NCBI GenBank assembly: GCA_965198225.1
Contig: CBDAOY010000007.1
Location: 160,001-224,000, forward strand
Direction: 5' to 3'
Length of the DNA: 64,000 nt
From: Terriglobia bacterium
Lineage (GTDB): Bacteria; Acidobacteriota; Terriglobia; 20CM-2-55-15
Positions within the stretch are counted from its first letter, which is position 1. Each line of letters starts with the position of its first letter. A program made the position numbers and the translations under genes. The notes under the pieces are model-generated. The model made no database searches. It was not told where the DNA came from and was given only the letters and a program-made list of their open reading frames with translations. Of the stretch, positions 52,898-61,818 are shown piece after piece.

Positions 52898-52950
52898 GAC
52901 CATGGTGTTACCTGGTATTCGGCGGGAAACTGTTCAGGAGATTGTTCAGT
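52898..52950 (+). repeat. 53-bp direct repeat, copy 1
   Basis: GACCATGGTGTTACCTGGTATTCGGCGGGAAACTGTTCAGGAGATTGTTCAGT; 48/53 identical to 54120-54172. Confidence 0.85.
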
Positions 52951-53081
52951 CGGGTGCGTCCTCCGTACTGGTTCCCTGCGTCTGGTTCAGTGGGCTGACT
53001 CTCCGGACCAAGGGGCTCGAAACCACTGCTACTGCCTCTCCTTGATCCCGGCATGCGCAGGCAGTAGGTGGATTCCGGGCT

Positions 53082-53381
53082 TCAGATTCGCGCCTTCCGA
53101 CGGGCCTCGCGCTCCCGGGCAATGCGTTCAGCCAGAAAGACCTTGAGAAGGGACTGATAGGGAACGTCCTGTTCGTTTGCCAGCGCCTTCAATTCCTCAA
53201 GCATCCCCGCGGGCAGCCGAACCGAAATTGTGGTCGTCGATGGCTTCAGTGCGGGAAACGAGCCCCGCACCGCCTTGTCCCAATCGAAGTAGTCGACAAC
53301 ATCGTGTTCGGCCCAAAACTTGCGTTCCCGATCCTCGGTTCGGAACCGAGGAGGCCTAGTTGTCCTTTTTCGGGCGCTCAT
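53082..53381 (-). CDS. BrnA/CopG-like antitoxin
   Basis: ERKFWAEHD, ISVRLP..DVPYQSLLK. Confidence 0.85.
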   Translation of the reverse strand: MSARKRTTRPPRFRTEDRERKFWAEHDVVDYFDWDKAVRGSFPALKPSTTTISVRLPAGMLEELKALANEQDVPYQSLLKVFLAERIAREREARRKARI

Positions 53382-53670
53382 ATATCTTCCGCTCTCGCCG
53401 GCTCATGTCCCGGGCCGATATGACCCGAACGAGTGTTTCCCGTATCGTGAAGACGACTGTCAGGAATCGGCCCTGCGTGGTCTGTCCGAGCGCCGCGTAT
53501 CGAAGTTCATCGCCGGTGCTCTTCGCAGGCGCCACCAGTACGGGCCGATTGAAGAAGAGTTGCTCGGCTTCGCTTTCGATAACGCCGTGCCGTTTCCGGT
53601 TCTTGCCCGAGTTCCCCGCGTCCCATTGGAAACCAACACAGCCTGCCAGTTCGTCCGGGAACTCGGGCAC
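53356..53670 (-). CDS. BrnT family toxin
   Basis: FQWD..KN.KRHGV, RVISARDM. Confidence 0.9.
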   Translation of the reverse strand: MPEFPDELAGCVGFQWDAGNSGKNRKRHGVIESEAEQLFFNRPVLVAPAKSTGDELRYAALGQTTQGRFLTVVFTIRETLVRVISARDMSRRERKIYERPKKDN

Positions 53671-53676
53671 AAGTGG

Positions 53677-53705
53677 AGTATATCTCCAGCATATACGTGA
53701 GTCAA
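53677..53705 (-). promoter_or_regulatory. Leaderless sigma70 promoter with operator dyad for the BrnT/BrnA pair
   Basis: TTGACT-17 bp-TATACT, 6 nt before GTG; dyad GTATAT..ATATAC. Confidence 0.7.
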
Positions 53706-54029
53706 GAATGCCGGCCGTATCGGTTCGACCTAGGTGCGAGAGCCCGACGACGGTGATCGGACCGACCGACAACTTGAGCGCACCTCAGGTGAGGATATCG
53801 TGGTGCTGGCGGTTCATCGTTCCCAGGCCGCGCGGAGATGGCAGGCTCGCACTTGAGAGCACATCTACTTGTCGTTCGGAATGGATCGATTCGGATAGCC
53901 CGCTTCAAACGTGCCGTTGTAAAAGGGCTGAGCGGGTCAAAGAGGTGGAGTGATCCCCGGCTTGAACACAGGCGGTCTCTGGGCTTGACGCCTTTCGATA
54001 AGTATAAGAAAATATAGCTACTTACCTGT

Positions 54030-54067
54030 GGGATCGTAGCTCAGTTGGAAGAGCGCCCGCTTCACAC
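54030..54067 (+). tRNA. 5' half of tRNA-Val(CAC), truncated after the anticodon loop
   Basis: GGGATCG-TA-GCTC-AGTTGGAA-GAGC-G-CCCGC-TT-CAC-AC; the expected GCGGG, T-arm and 3' acceptor strand are missing. Confidence 0.8.
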
Positions 54068-54119
54068 AACAACTCAAACACGTTATCTTGTTGGTTCTTC
54101 GTGTCTCTTGGCTGGGTAC

Positions 54120-54172
54120 GACCATGGTATTACCTGGTATTCGGCGTGAAATTGTTCAGTAAATTGTTCAGT
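54120..54172 (+). repeat. 53-bp direct repeat, copy 2
   Basis: Ends in tandem ATTGTTCAGT-AA-ATTGTTCAGT. Confidence 0.85.
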
Positions 54173-54249
54173 TGCGACGAAGGTTGCGAAACGATCCGCA
54201 GCTGCTTGTCCTTGATCCAGGCGTGCGGAGAGAGTAGATTCAAACTGAA

Positions 54250-54477
54250 ATGAGCTACCGGGACATCATCACCATCGAAGCCGGCAAACGGGGGGGGAAA
54301 CCCTGCGTTCGCGGCCTTCGCATCACGGTGTACGATGTTCTCGACTACCTCGCTTCCGGGATGACCGAATCAGAGATTCTTTCGGATTTCCCCGACCTCA
54401 ATGCAGATGACATCCGTGCGTGCCTCGAATTCGCGGCTGACCGCGAGCGCAAACTGGTCTCGCTTCCCCCCGAGTGA
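54250..54477 (+). CDS. DUF433 antitoxin
   Basis: GKRGGKPCVRGLRITV..DIRACL. Confidence 0.9.
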   Translation: MSYRDIITIEAGKRGGKPCVRGLRITVYDVLDYLASGMTESEILSDFPDLNADDIRACLEFAADRERKLVSLPPE

Positions 54478-54806
54478 AGCTTCTATTCGACGAAAACCTG
54501 AGTCCCAGGCTGGTCAAGGAACTGAAGGCCGACTTCCCGGATTCGGTACATGTTCGGGACATTGGTCTGGAGCGAGCGATGGACGAGGCCGTCTGGAACT
54601 ATGCGAGGGACAACGGATTGGTGATCGTCTCGAAAGACGCCGATTTCCGTCAACTCAGCTTCCTGTTTGGAAATCCTCCAAAGGTGATCTGGATCCAACG
54701 AGGGAATTGCTCGACTGCAGCTGTCCTATCGTTGTTTCGACAACGCATCTCAAACCTCCTCAAGTTCGGTCAGGAGGAAGATGGGGCATTCCTAGCGCTT
54801 CGGTAA
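54474..54806 (+). CDS. DUF5615 PIN-like toxin
   Basis: LLFDENLS, SKDADF, PPKVIW; GTGA overlap. Confidence 0.9.
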   Translation: MKLLFDENLSPRLVKELKADFPDSVHVRDIGLERAMDEAVWNYARDNGLVIVSKDADFRQLSFLFGNPPKVIWIQRGNCSTAAVLSLFRQRISNLLKFGQEEDGAFLALR

Positions 54807-54984
54807 CCTGAATCACTTCCCTCGGCGGCAACCGGATTCACCACACTCTTCTCAAGCGTCACTTGTCCGAGACGCGCGATTCATTGAACTGACAGTTTGA
54901 TTGCTTCCAACTCCTTCCTCTCGTACTATTTACGCAAGTTTTTCCTGGACATGGCGAGGGAACGCCTGCGAGGCAGCGCGACCT

Positions 54985-57693
54985 ATGGCTCTCACGGCAG
55001 GTACACGTCTGGGTCCATACGAAATCGGCGACCAACTCGGTGCCGGCGGCATGGGAGAGGTGTATCGCGCCACCGACACCCGTCTGGACCGCACGGTTGC
55101 CATCAAAGTCCTTCCTGAACACCTCGCCGACGAACCGCAACGCCGGGAACGCTTCGAGCGTGAAGCCAAAGCCGTCAGCAGCCTGAACCATCCGCACATC
55201 TGCACGCTCCACGACGTGGGTGAACAGGACGGGATTCACTACCTCGTCATGGAGTACGTGGAGGGCGACACACTCCAGCAGCGTTTGGAGAAAGGCCGAC
55301 TGCCGCTGGATCAGGCCCTCGAATACGCCATCCAGATCGCCGACGCGCTGGACAAGGCCCACCGGCAGGGTGTGGTGCATAGGGATTTGAAGCCCGGCAA
55401 CATCATGATCACGAAGTCGGCAGGTGTGAAGCTCCTCGACTTTGGGTTGGCAAAGCTCAAAGGCGATGCCGATCAAGTCTCGCCGCTCTCTCAGATGCCC
55501 ACCCAAGACCCTTCAGCGCCCCTGACAGCAGAAGGCACGATCCTCGGCACGCTCCAGTACATGGCTCCTGAACAACTGGAGGGCAAGGAAGCCGATGCCC
55601 GGACGGACATCTTCGCATTCGGTGCGGTCGTCTACGAGATGGTCACGGGGAAGAAGGCGTTCGAGGGGGCGAGTCAGGCGAGTTTGATTGCGGCCATCAT
55701 GGATCATGAGCCGCAAGCGATGGCTGAGCTTCAGACCATGACGCCATCGTCGCTGGATCACATCGTGACGACATGCCTCGATAAAGATCCCGATATGCGG
55801 TGGCAGACGGCAGCCGACTTGATGCGCGAGTTGAAGTGGATAGAGGATGGAAACGCACAGGTCGGAACCGCTTCTATCGAAATTCCCTCAAAGAAACGCG
55901 AGCGTGTCGCGTGGTCCGCGAGCCTCGTTCTCCTACTTTCGACCCTTGGAGTCGCCTCCGTTGCGTTTTTCGGTAACGCACCACAGGAGCAGACGACATT
56001 CCGATTCTCTTTCGCCCATCCTTCGGAGGCTCGTGGAGACGTACTGACCGTCTCACCCGATGGCCAACGCCTTGCGTTTCTCGCGTCAAGCTCGACCGGT
56101 GCTCAAGCGGTGTGGGTCCGCGATTTCGAGTCCGGTGAGATGCGGATGCTGGCGGGTTCCGAGAATGCCACCGGATCTTTGTTCTGGTCGCCTGATGGAC
56201 AGGCCATCGGATTCTTCACTGTGACCGAGCTCAAGGCGGTGGATCTTTCTGGCGGTTCTCCTCGGACGGTGTCGCCCCAAGTCGCAAACAGGGGCGGCAC
56301 ATGGAACAAGGACGGGGAGATCATTTTGTCCCTAGGAGGAACGCTACAGCGCGTGTCGGCGGAGGGTGGCCAACCCACGCCGCTGGAGTTGTCGGGCGGG
56401 TTCCCGTACTTCCTGCCCGATGGGATTCATTTCCTTTATGAGTCCAGCTCTGGTCGCGGCCAGTCACTCGGACCTGGGCGACGCCAACTTGAGCCGTCTT
56501 CGATTTACGTGGCGTCTCTGGAATCCTCAGAAACGCGCCTTCTGTTGATTGCCGACCGCGATACCAAGGCTGCGTACGCGAGCGGGCATGTCCTGTTCGT
56601 GAGCGGGGGCGTGTTGATGGCGCAACCGTTTGACGTCGATAGCCTCCAGCTCAGGGGAGAAGCCCACCGAATCGGTCCCCAGGTGTCTTCTCCAGGGGTG
56701 GGGCACGGGGATGACATCCCGTTTTCGGTTTCGACCAACGGTATTCTCGCGTTTCGGTCCGGGAACCGCGTGGATGGACAACTCGTGTGGTTCGATCGTG
56801 AAGGAAACGAAACCCGACGGGTTCCTCAGCCACAGTCAGGCGAGTATCTGAACCCGTCCCTGTCCCCGAGCGGGCAACAGATCGCGGTGAACCGCAAGGA
56901 CCCGGCGACCGGGAATGTCGATATTTGGCTCATCGATATGGGAACGGATACACCGGATCCGCTCACCTCAACGGCATCGTTCGATGCCGACCCGGTCTGG
57001 TCACCCGACAGCCAGGAAATCGCCTTTTCGTCCTACCGGAACGGGAAGTGGGGCCTCTGGAAGAAGAATATCCGCACGGGCGAGGAAGAGCGTCTCTGGG
57101 AGGCTGCCGAGGGATCCGAGCCGAGAACCATGGACTGGTCGCCGGACGGAGAGTTCATTCTCTTCGACCTTCGAAGTCCAAACTCCGACCTCTTCGACCT
57201 TCGAGGTTCAAACTCCGACGTTTGGGTGTTGCCCGTTTCCGGGGATGATCCATGGCCGCTCCTGAACAATCCGAATATCTTCGAGTACGCCGCCCACTTT
57301 TCTCCAGACGGTGAGTGGGTCGCATACATCTCGAGTGAGGCCGGCGCGTTTAGCATCTACGTGGCGCGGTTCCCGGAGGGCACCGAGGGAGGACGGGTCT
57401 CGCTCGCTGGAAGTACTCATCCAAGGTGGAGGGGCGACAGAAGGGAGCTGTTCTACAAGGGCGGTTTTGGGAGCGCCCCGGTGATGGCGGTCCGTGTAGA
57501 GGCTGGCTCCTCGGGCCTTCAATTTGATAACCCAGTACCGGTTTTTGATTCGGTAATGTTAGGGATGTCGGACGGTCGGCACCACTATGCTGTGACTGCC
57601 GATGGAAACCGTTTTCTGCTGAGACGACCGAGCCTGGCCCCCCCACCTGTCACCGTCATCGTCAACTGGACTGCTGAACTGGAAAACCAATGA
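54985..57693 (+). CDS. Ser/Thr protein kinase with TM segment and PD40/TolB-like propeller
   Basis: [24 protein letters not shown]; repeated SPDG. Confidence 0.95.
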   Translation: MALTAGTRLGPYEIGDQLGAGGMGEVYRATDTRLDRTVAIKVLPEHLADEPQRRERFEREAKAVSSLNHPHICTLHDVGEQDGIHYLVMEYVEGDTLQQRLEKGRLPLDQALEYAIQIADALDKAHRQGVVHRDLKPGNIMITKSAGVKLLDFGLAKLKGDADQVSPLSQMPTQDPSAPLTAEGTILGTLQYMAPEQLEGKEADARTDIFAFGAVVYEMVTGKKAFEGASQASLIAAIMDHEPQAMAELQTMTPSSLDHIVTTCLDKDPDMRWQTAADLMRELKWIEDGNAQVGTASIEIPSKKRERVAWSASLVLLLSTLGVASVAFFGNAPQEQTTFRFSFAHPSEARGDVLTVSPDGQRLAFLASSSTGAQAVWVRDFESGEMRMLAGSENATGSLFWSPDGQAIGFFTVTELKAVDLSGGSPRTVSPQVANRGGTWNKDGEIILSLGGTLQRVSAEGGQPTPLELSGGFPYFLPDGIHFLYESSSGRGQSLGPGRRQLEPSSIYVASLESSETRLLLIADRDTKAAYASGHVLFVSGGVLMAQPFDVDSLQLRGEAHRIGPQVSSPGVGHGDDIPFSVSTNGILAFRSGNRVDGQLVWFDREGNETRRVPQPQSGEYLNPSLSPSGQQIAVNRKDPATGNVDIWLIDMGTDTPDPLTSTASFDADPVWSPDSQEIAFSSYRNGKWGLWKKNIRTGEEERLWEAAEGSEPRTMDWSPDGEFILFDLRSPNSDLFDLRGSNSDVWVLPVSGDDPWPLLNNPNIFEYAAHFSPDGEWVAYISSEAGAFSIYVARFPEGTEGGRVSLAGSTHPRWRGDRRELFYKGGFGSAPVMAVRVEAGSSGLQFDNPVPVFDSVMLGMSDGRHHYAVTADGNRFLLRRPSLAPPPVTVIVNWTAELENQ

Positions 57694-57923
57694 ACCCCGG
57701 CACCCAACTCGGCAGCTACGAGATCCTCTCCCCGCTCGGCAAAGGCGGCATGGGATCGGTGTGGCTGGCGCGGGATGCGAAGTTGGGCCGGCAGGTGGCG
57801 ATCAAGACCCTGCCTGAAGAGTTCGCCAGAGACGCCGACCGTCTCGCCCGGTTTGAGCGTGAAGCCAAACTCCTCGCGTCGCTGAATCACCCAAAGCGGA
57901 TAAGCGATATAAGCAGGGGCTGA
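57690..57923 (+). pseudogene. Truncated Ser/Thr kinase (N-lobe only)
   Basis: [18 protein letters not shown], then an abrupt loss of homology. Confidence 0.85.
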
Positions 57924-58026
57924 CGACTATGGCAGCGCTGACAGTGCCGTCGTATAGGTCTTATGTAAATCCGCGGGCGGCCGCAGGCCGTCGCGCGAAA
58001 ATCCACTCACCCGCTCGCGCGGGAGA

Positions 58027-59280
58027 TCAAGCCAGGAGGGCTTTGACCCCGGCCACAGCGCGCGCGACGTGCTCCATCGTGTTGTAGACGTGGGGGCAAA
58101 GCCGGATGCCGCCCGTGCCGGCACCTGCAATCCCGTGCTCTTCATACAGACGGTTCAAGACTTCGCGGCTCTTCCCTCGCTCGAGTTCGACGATGCACAC
58201 GCCGCCCGAGAGCTTCTCGTCCTCGGGGGTCACGAGCGTGCGACCCGCATCGACGAGCCCGGCTTTGAGCGCCGTGGCGAGCTCCGTCATGCGTGCTTCC
58301 ATCTGAGCCGCGCCTATGGCGTTATGGAAATCCACCGTCGTGCCGATGGCCGCGAGACACGCGTCGTCACGCTGGCCGAGCGATTCGAATTTGCGGGCGC
58401 CTTTCGGATCGGGGTCGACGTCATCGCCCCATCCCGGCGCGACAACGTTCGGCCAAATACGCGCTATGTTTGACGCTTTCACATAGAGGATCCCCGCTTC
58501 TTTCGGCCCCATGAACCACTTGTGCGCCGAAGCAGAATAGGAGTCGCAGCCGATGTCGCGGAGATTCACATCGAGCGCCCCCCAGCTCTGCGCGCCGTCG
58601 ACGTGCACGTAAACGCCTTTTTCGTGCGCTGCCTCGACGATTTGTTTCGCGGGGAGCTTGATGCCGCTCACGTTCGAGACATGCGTAATCGAGAGAACCT
58701 TTGTCTCGTCCGAGAGTGCTTCGATGAAGGTGTCCACGAGCTCCTGGGAGCTCTTCGGGTGCTTCGGCGTCGAAACGCGTCTCACGGTAAGCCCGAAGCG
58801 CGCCGCCCTCACGTCCCAGGCAACGTTGTTCGTCGGGTGATTCTGGCTCCATAGCACGACCTCATCGCCCTCTTCGAGGTCGAGGCCGTTATTGATCATG
58901 TTGTTGGCCTCGCTCGTATTGCGCACGAGGGCGATCTCGTCAGCGGTGACGCCGAGCTGCTTCGCGACCTTCTTCCGTGACTCCTCACGGAGTCCACCGA
59001 ATTTTCCTCGATTGTTGAACGAGCAGTCGCGGTCGATATCCGCAGTCAACTCCGAGACCCGCTCCGCGACGGCGCGTGAAGACGGACACAAGTTGGCGGC
59101 GTTCATCGGCACTCTTTCCTCGCTGAAAGAAAACTGGGCGCGCACGAGATGCCAGTAGGCTTCGCCCTCGACCGACGTTTCCGCGAGCGCCGACGCCTCG
59201 GCCTCATTGGATTTGAGGGCGATGGGTAGAAGTGCCGCCGAGGCGGCGAATTCTTTGAGAAAGGACCGGCGAGAGTTCAT
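58027..59280 (-). CDS. Tat-exported class V aminotransferase (isopenicillin N epimerase / cysteine desulfurase-like)
   Basis: SRRSFLK, RNTSEA, DGAQ, SAHKW. Confidence 0.9.
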   Translation of the reverse strand: MNSRRSFLKEFAASAALLPIALKSNEAEASALAETSVEGEAYWHLVRAQFSFSEERVPMNAANLCPSSRAVAERVSELTADIDRDCSFNNRGKFGGLREESRKKVAKQLGVTADEIALVRNTSEANNMINNGLDLEEGDEVVLWSQNHPTNNVAWDVRAARFGLTVRRVSTPKHPKSSQELVDTFIEALSDETKVLSITHVSNVSGIKLPAKQIVEAAHEKGVYVHVDGAQSWGALDVNLRDIGCDSYSASAHKWFMGPKEAGILYVKASNIARIWPNVVAPGWGDDVDPDPKGARKFESLGQRDDACLAAIGTTVDFHNAIGAAQMEARMTELATALKAGLVDAGRTLVTPEDEKLSGGVCIVELERGKSREVLNRLYEEHGIAGAGTGGIRLCPHVYNTMEHVARAVAGVKALLA

Positions 59281-59429
59281 GGAGCCTCCTTCGATCAGAC
59301 CAGTAGCGATCGTAGCCAGGATGATACCGCATTTGTCACGCCGGCTGATCTGCCGTGCTGGTTCCCGCGAGTTTTGAAAACGCGATCAGTAGTGCAACCT
59401 CAGAGGCTGGGGACACTCGTTTCTCAGAC

Positions 59430-59949
59430 GAGATGGTGTCGACGACATATGCATCACCGGAGACTGATAAACAGGAGCCCTTCGCTTCGGCACCTGGTTC
59501 ACGCCAAGCGGGAGCGTCGTTCTCGCCTAGCGGAGAGTGGCTCGCCTACCATTCGCAAGAACTAAGGTTCAACGAACTGTACGTCCAGGCGTTTCCGTCA
59601 AATGGCACTCAGCACGCCCACTTTGGAAGAGCTGCCGACCTATCCGATCTGGTCGCAGGACGGTCGTCAGCTTATTTTTCGACCTTCGGCCATTTTGGGA
59701 AGGAGTTTGTTGACCGTTATCGATGTCACGACAGACCGTGGCGTTCCAGAATTCGGGCCTCCCGAGGGGCTTCCCGTGCAGGACTTCCTTACGTTCCCGT
59801 TTTTTCGGAGCTACGACATTCTTCCCGATGGGCAGAGATTCGTCGTCGTCATGCCCGAAGAAGCAGGCGACGGCGGACCGAGGTCCTCACGGATCAATGT
59901 CTGTCAGAACTGGACCGAAGAACTGAAGGAACTCGTGCCGGTTCCATGA
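59430..59949 (+). pseudogene. C-terminal propeller fragment of a kinase-PD40 protein
   Basis: FSPSGEWLAY..LYVQAFP, frameshift, WSQDGRQL..YDILPDGQRF..NWTEELK. Confidence 0.75.
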
Positions 59950-60074
59950 CCTCCTGTCACCCGAGTCCGCAACTCTGGAGAGCTCCGGGAAGCGATTGTT
60001 CAGTTTTGTTCAGTCGAGCGAGGCATCGGGTTCGCCCGCGCACGCCCGAACCAGTCGTCGTCAACGGGTTGAAC

Positions 60075-60105
60075 TGAACCGCCCCGGGAATCCCGGGGCG
60101 GTTCA
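60075..60105. terminator. Strong hairpin between convergent genes
   Basis: TGAACCGCCCCGGG-AAT-CCCGGGGCGGTTCA. Confidence 0.7.
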
Positions 60106-60183
60106 CTTTCACCCTTCGTTCCTATTGAGAGTCGGGTTGACTACCACTACGAGACGACGAGAGGATGGAGCCCAGGAGACACC

Positions 60184-60825
60184 TCAGCCCTCGTCGTCAT
60201 CGTCATCATCGTCGTCATCATCATCATCGTCATCATCGAAGCCGAGGATCGCATATCCTGACAGAGGTGCGAATGGGACAGTTGGATCACCAGTGAATCC
60301 CCCTGCCATGATCGAGTACAGACCTTCCAAGCCATCCTCTCCGTCAGAGAGCATGAACGAGCACGCCGCTCTAACCGAGGGTGTCGAGGCATTTTCGAAG
60401 ATAACGCAGTCACCACTGAAATCGGACTGACCTGGCGCTGAGTCTAGTACCGTGCCCGTGAAAGTGCCACGCCCTTGATACGTACCGGCACCGCCGGGGA
60501 ATGGTCCGGAAATGATCACCAACTGTTCCAGCTCTAATTGTCCGCTAATGTCTCCTGCAATCTCCCAAGTGGCAACTGTGTGTATGACGGTGTCTCCATG
60601 TTCAGTGATCATAGAACTTACGACGGTGCCTCCCAGGGGCCGAGCCTGCGCGCTCACGGGACTCAGTGGTGTGATCGCTGGGTCATCCGAGGCTCTGACC
60701 GTCGTCAAGCTTGCGAGCAGCACGATCGACGCTATTACTGCCATGCAAGGTATTGGCAGACGTTTTGTGATTAGAGGTTGAGGAGAAGCCAGGTTCATCG
60801 GTTTGGTTTTCTTTGCTTGTAGCAT
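60184..60825 (-). CDS. Exported beta-rich hypothetical protein with poly-Asp tail
   Basis: RBS AAGGAGG, hydrophobic leader ending VRA, C-terminal F-D15-EG. Confidence 0.7.
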   Translation of the reverse strand: MLQAKKTKPMNLASPQPLITKRLPIPCMAVIASIVLLASLTTVRASDDPAITPLSPVSAQARPLGGTVVSSMITEHGDTVIHTVATWEIAGDISGQLELEQLVIISGPFPGGAGTYQGRGTFTGTVLDSAPGQSDFSGDCVIFENASTPSVRAACSFMLSDGEDGLEGLYSIMAGGFTGDPTVPFAPLSGYAILGFDDDDDDDDDDDDDDDEG

Positions 60826-61233
60826 TGATCCCTCCTTCAGGAACCATGAAAGTTCAGACGTTGCGCTAGTGCTAGTCTTCGCGGCCCTCACCGATTAAGG
60901 CGGGAATTGTGATGGAAAACTCCAACGGGATCAGAGAAATCTCTGGAAATCGCCCGAGAGTGGGAGGGGCAATTTTGGTGCCAGCTAACCGAAGCGTTAC
61001 TTCATTGAAACGGAAGACGATGTGATTGGCTTCTTACCAACCCTTCCAAGGACCAATCTACGGATTTTCTATGTCCATTTCCGTTGATGAAGCTTCGGAC
61101 ATCGGTTGACTTTTGATCTTCTCTGACCCGCTGGCGCTTGATACCTGGCTCCTCTCAAGCAACGTTTCCTGTAATGTCCTGAAGCTGTGTGCTAACTTGA
61201 GGTTACATTCAGACCGACGGTGCAAACGCTCAC

Positions 61234-61818
61234 ATGCCGGTACGATCCCACCAGGATGCGACGCAGTTGCTTCACGCCTGGGGTGAAGGCGACAAGAGCG
61301 CACTGGAGAAGCTGACACCTCTCGTCTACAAAGAGCTGCACCGGTTGGCCCGACACTACATGCGTGGGGAACGGCCCGACCACACTCTTCAAACCACGGC
61401 TCTCGTTAATGAAGCGTATGTGCGCTTGATCGATTGGAAAAATGCGCGCTGGCAGAACCGAGCGCATTTCGTGGCCGTTGCCGCGCAGTTGATGCGGCGC
61501 ATTCTGGTGGACCATGCGCGCTCACGGCACTACGCCAAACGGGGCGGTGGAGCGCAGCGGGTGTCGCTGGACGAAGTCGCGCTGGTATCGGAGAAACGGG
61601 CTCCGGAGGTGATTGTGGTGGATGATGCCCTGCGCCGCTTGGATGCCATCGATCCGCGCAAGGCGCAGGTGGTGGAGCTACGGTTTTTTGGGGGGCTCAG
61701 CGTGAAGGAGACCGCGGAGGTGTTGAAGGTCTCCCAGCAGACCGTCTTCCGTGACTGGGATCTGGCTCGCGCGTGGCTGCATCGCGAGATCAGCGAGAAG
61801 GATGACGATGAAGCCTGA
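61234..61818 (+). CDS. ECF sigma factor of the kinase-associated type
   Basis: TQLL.AW..LQTTALVNEAY..RRILVDHAR..ELRFFGGL. Confidence 0.9.
   Translation: MPVRSHQDATQLLHAWGEGDKSALEKLTPLVYKELHRLARHYMRGERPDHTLQTTALVNEAYVRLIDWKNARWQNRAHFVAVAAQLMRRILVDHARSRHYAKRGGGAQRVSLDEVALVSEKRAPEVIVVDDALRRLDAIDPRKAQVVELRFFGGLSVKETAEVLKVSQQTVFRDWDLARAWLHREISEKDDDEA

Noticed and set aside
54068-54250. Intron in the tRNA anticodon loop
   Set aside because: No 3' exon follows and no group I/II core was recognised
61243-61253. CGATCCCACCA, a perfect 3' acceptor strand plus ACCA for the half tRNA-Val
   Set aside because: No T-arm upstream, 7 kb away and inside the ECF coding start; probably chance
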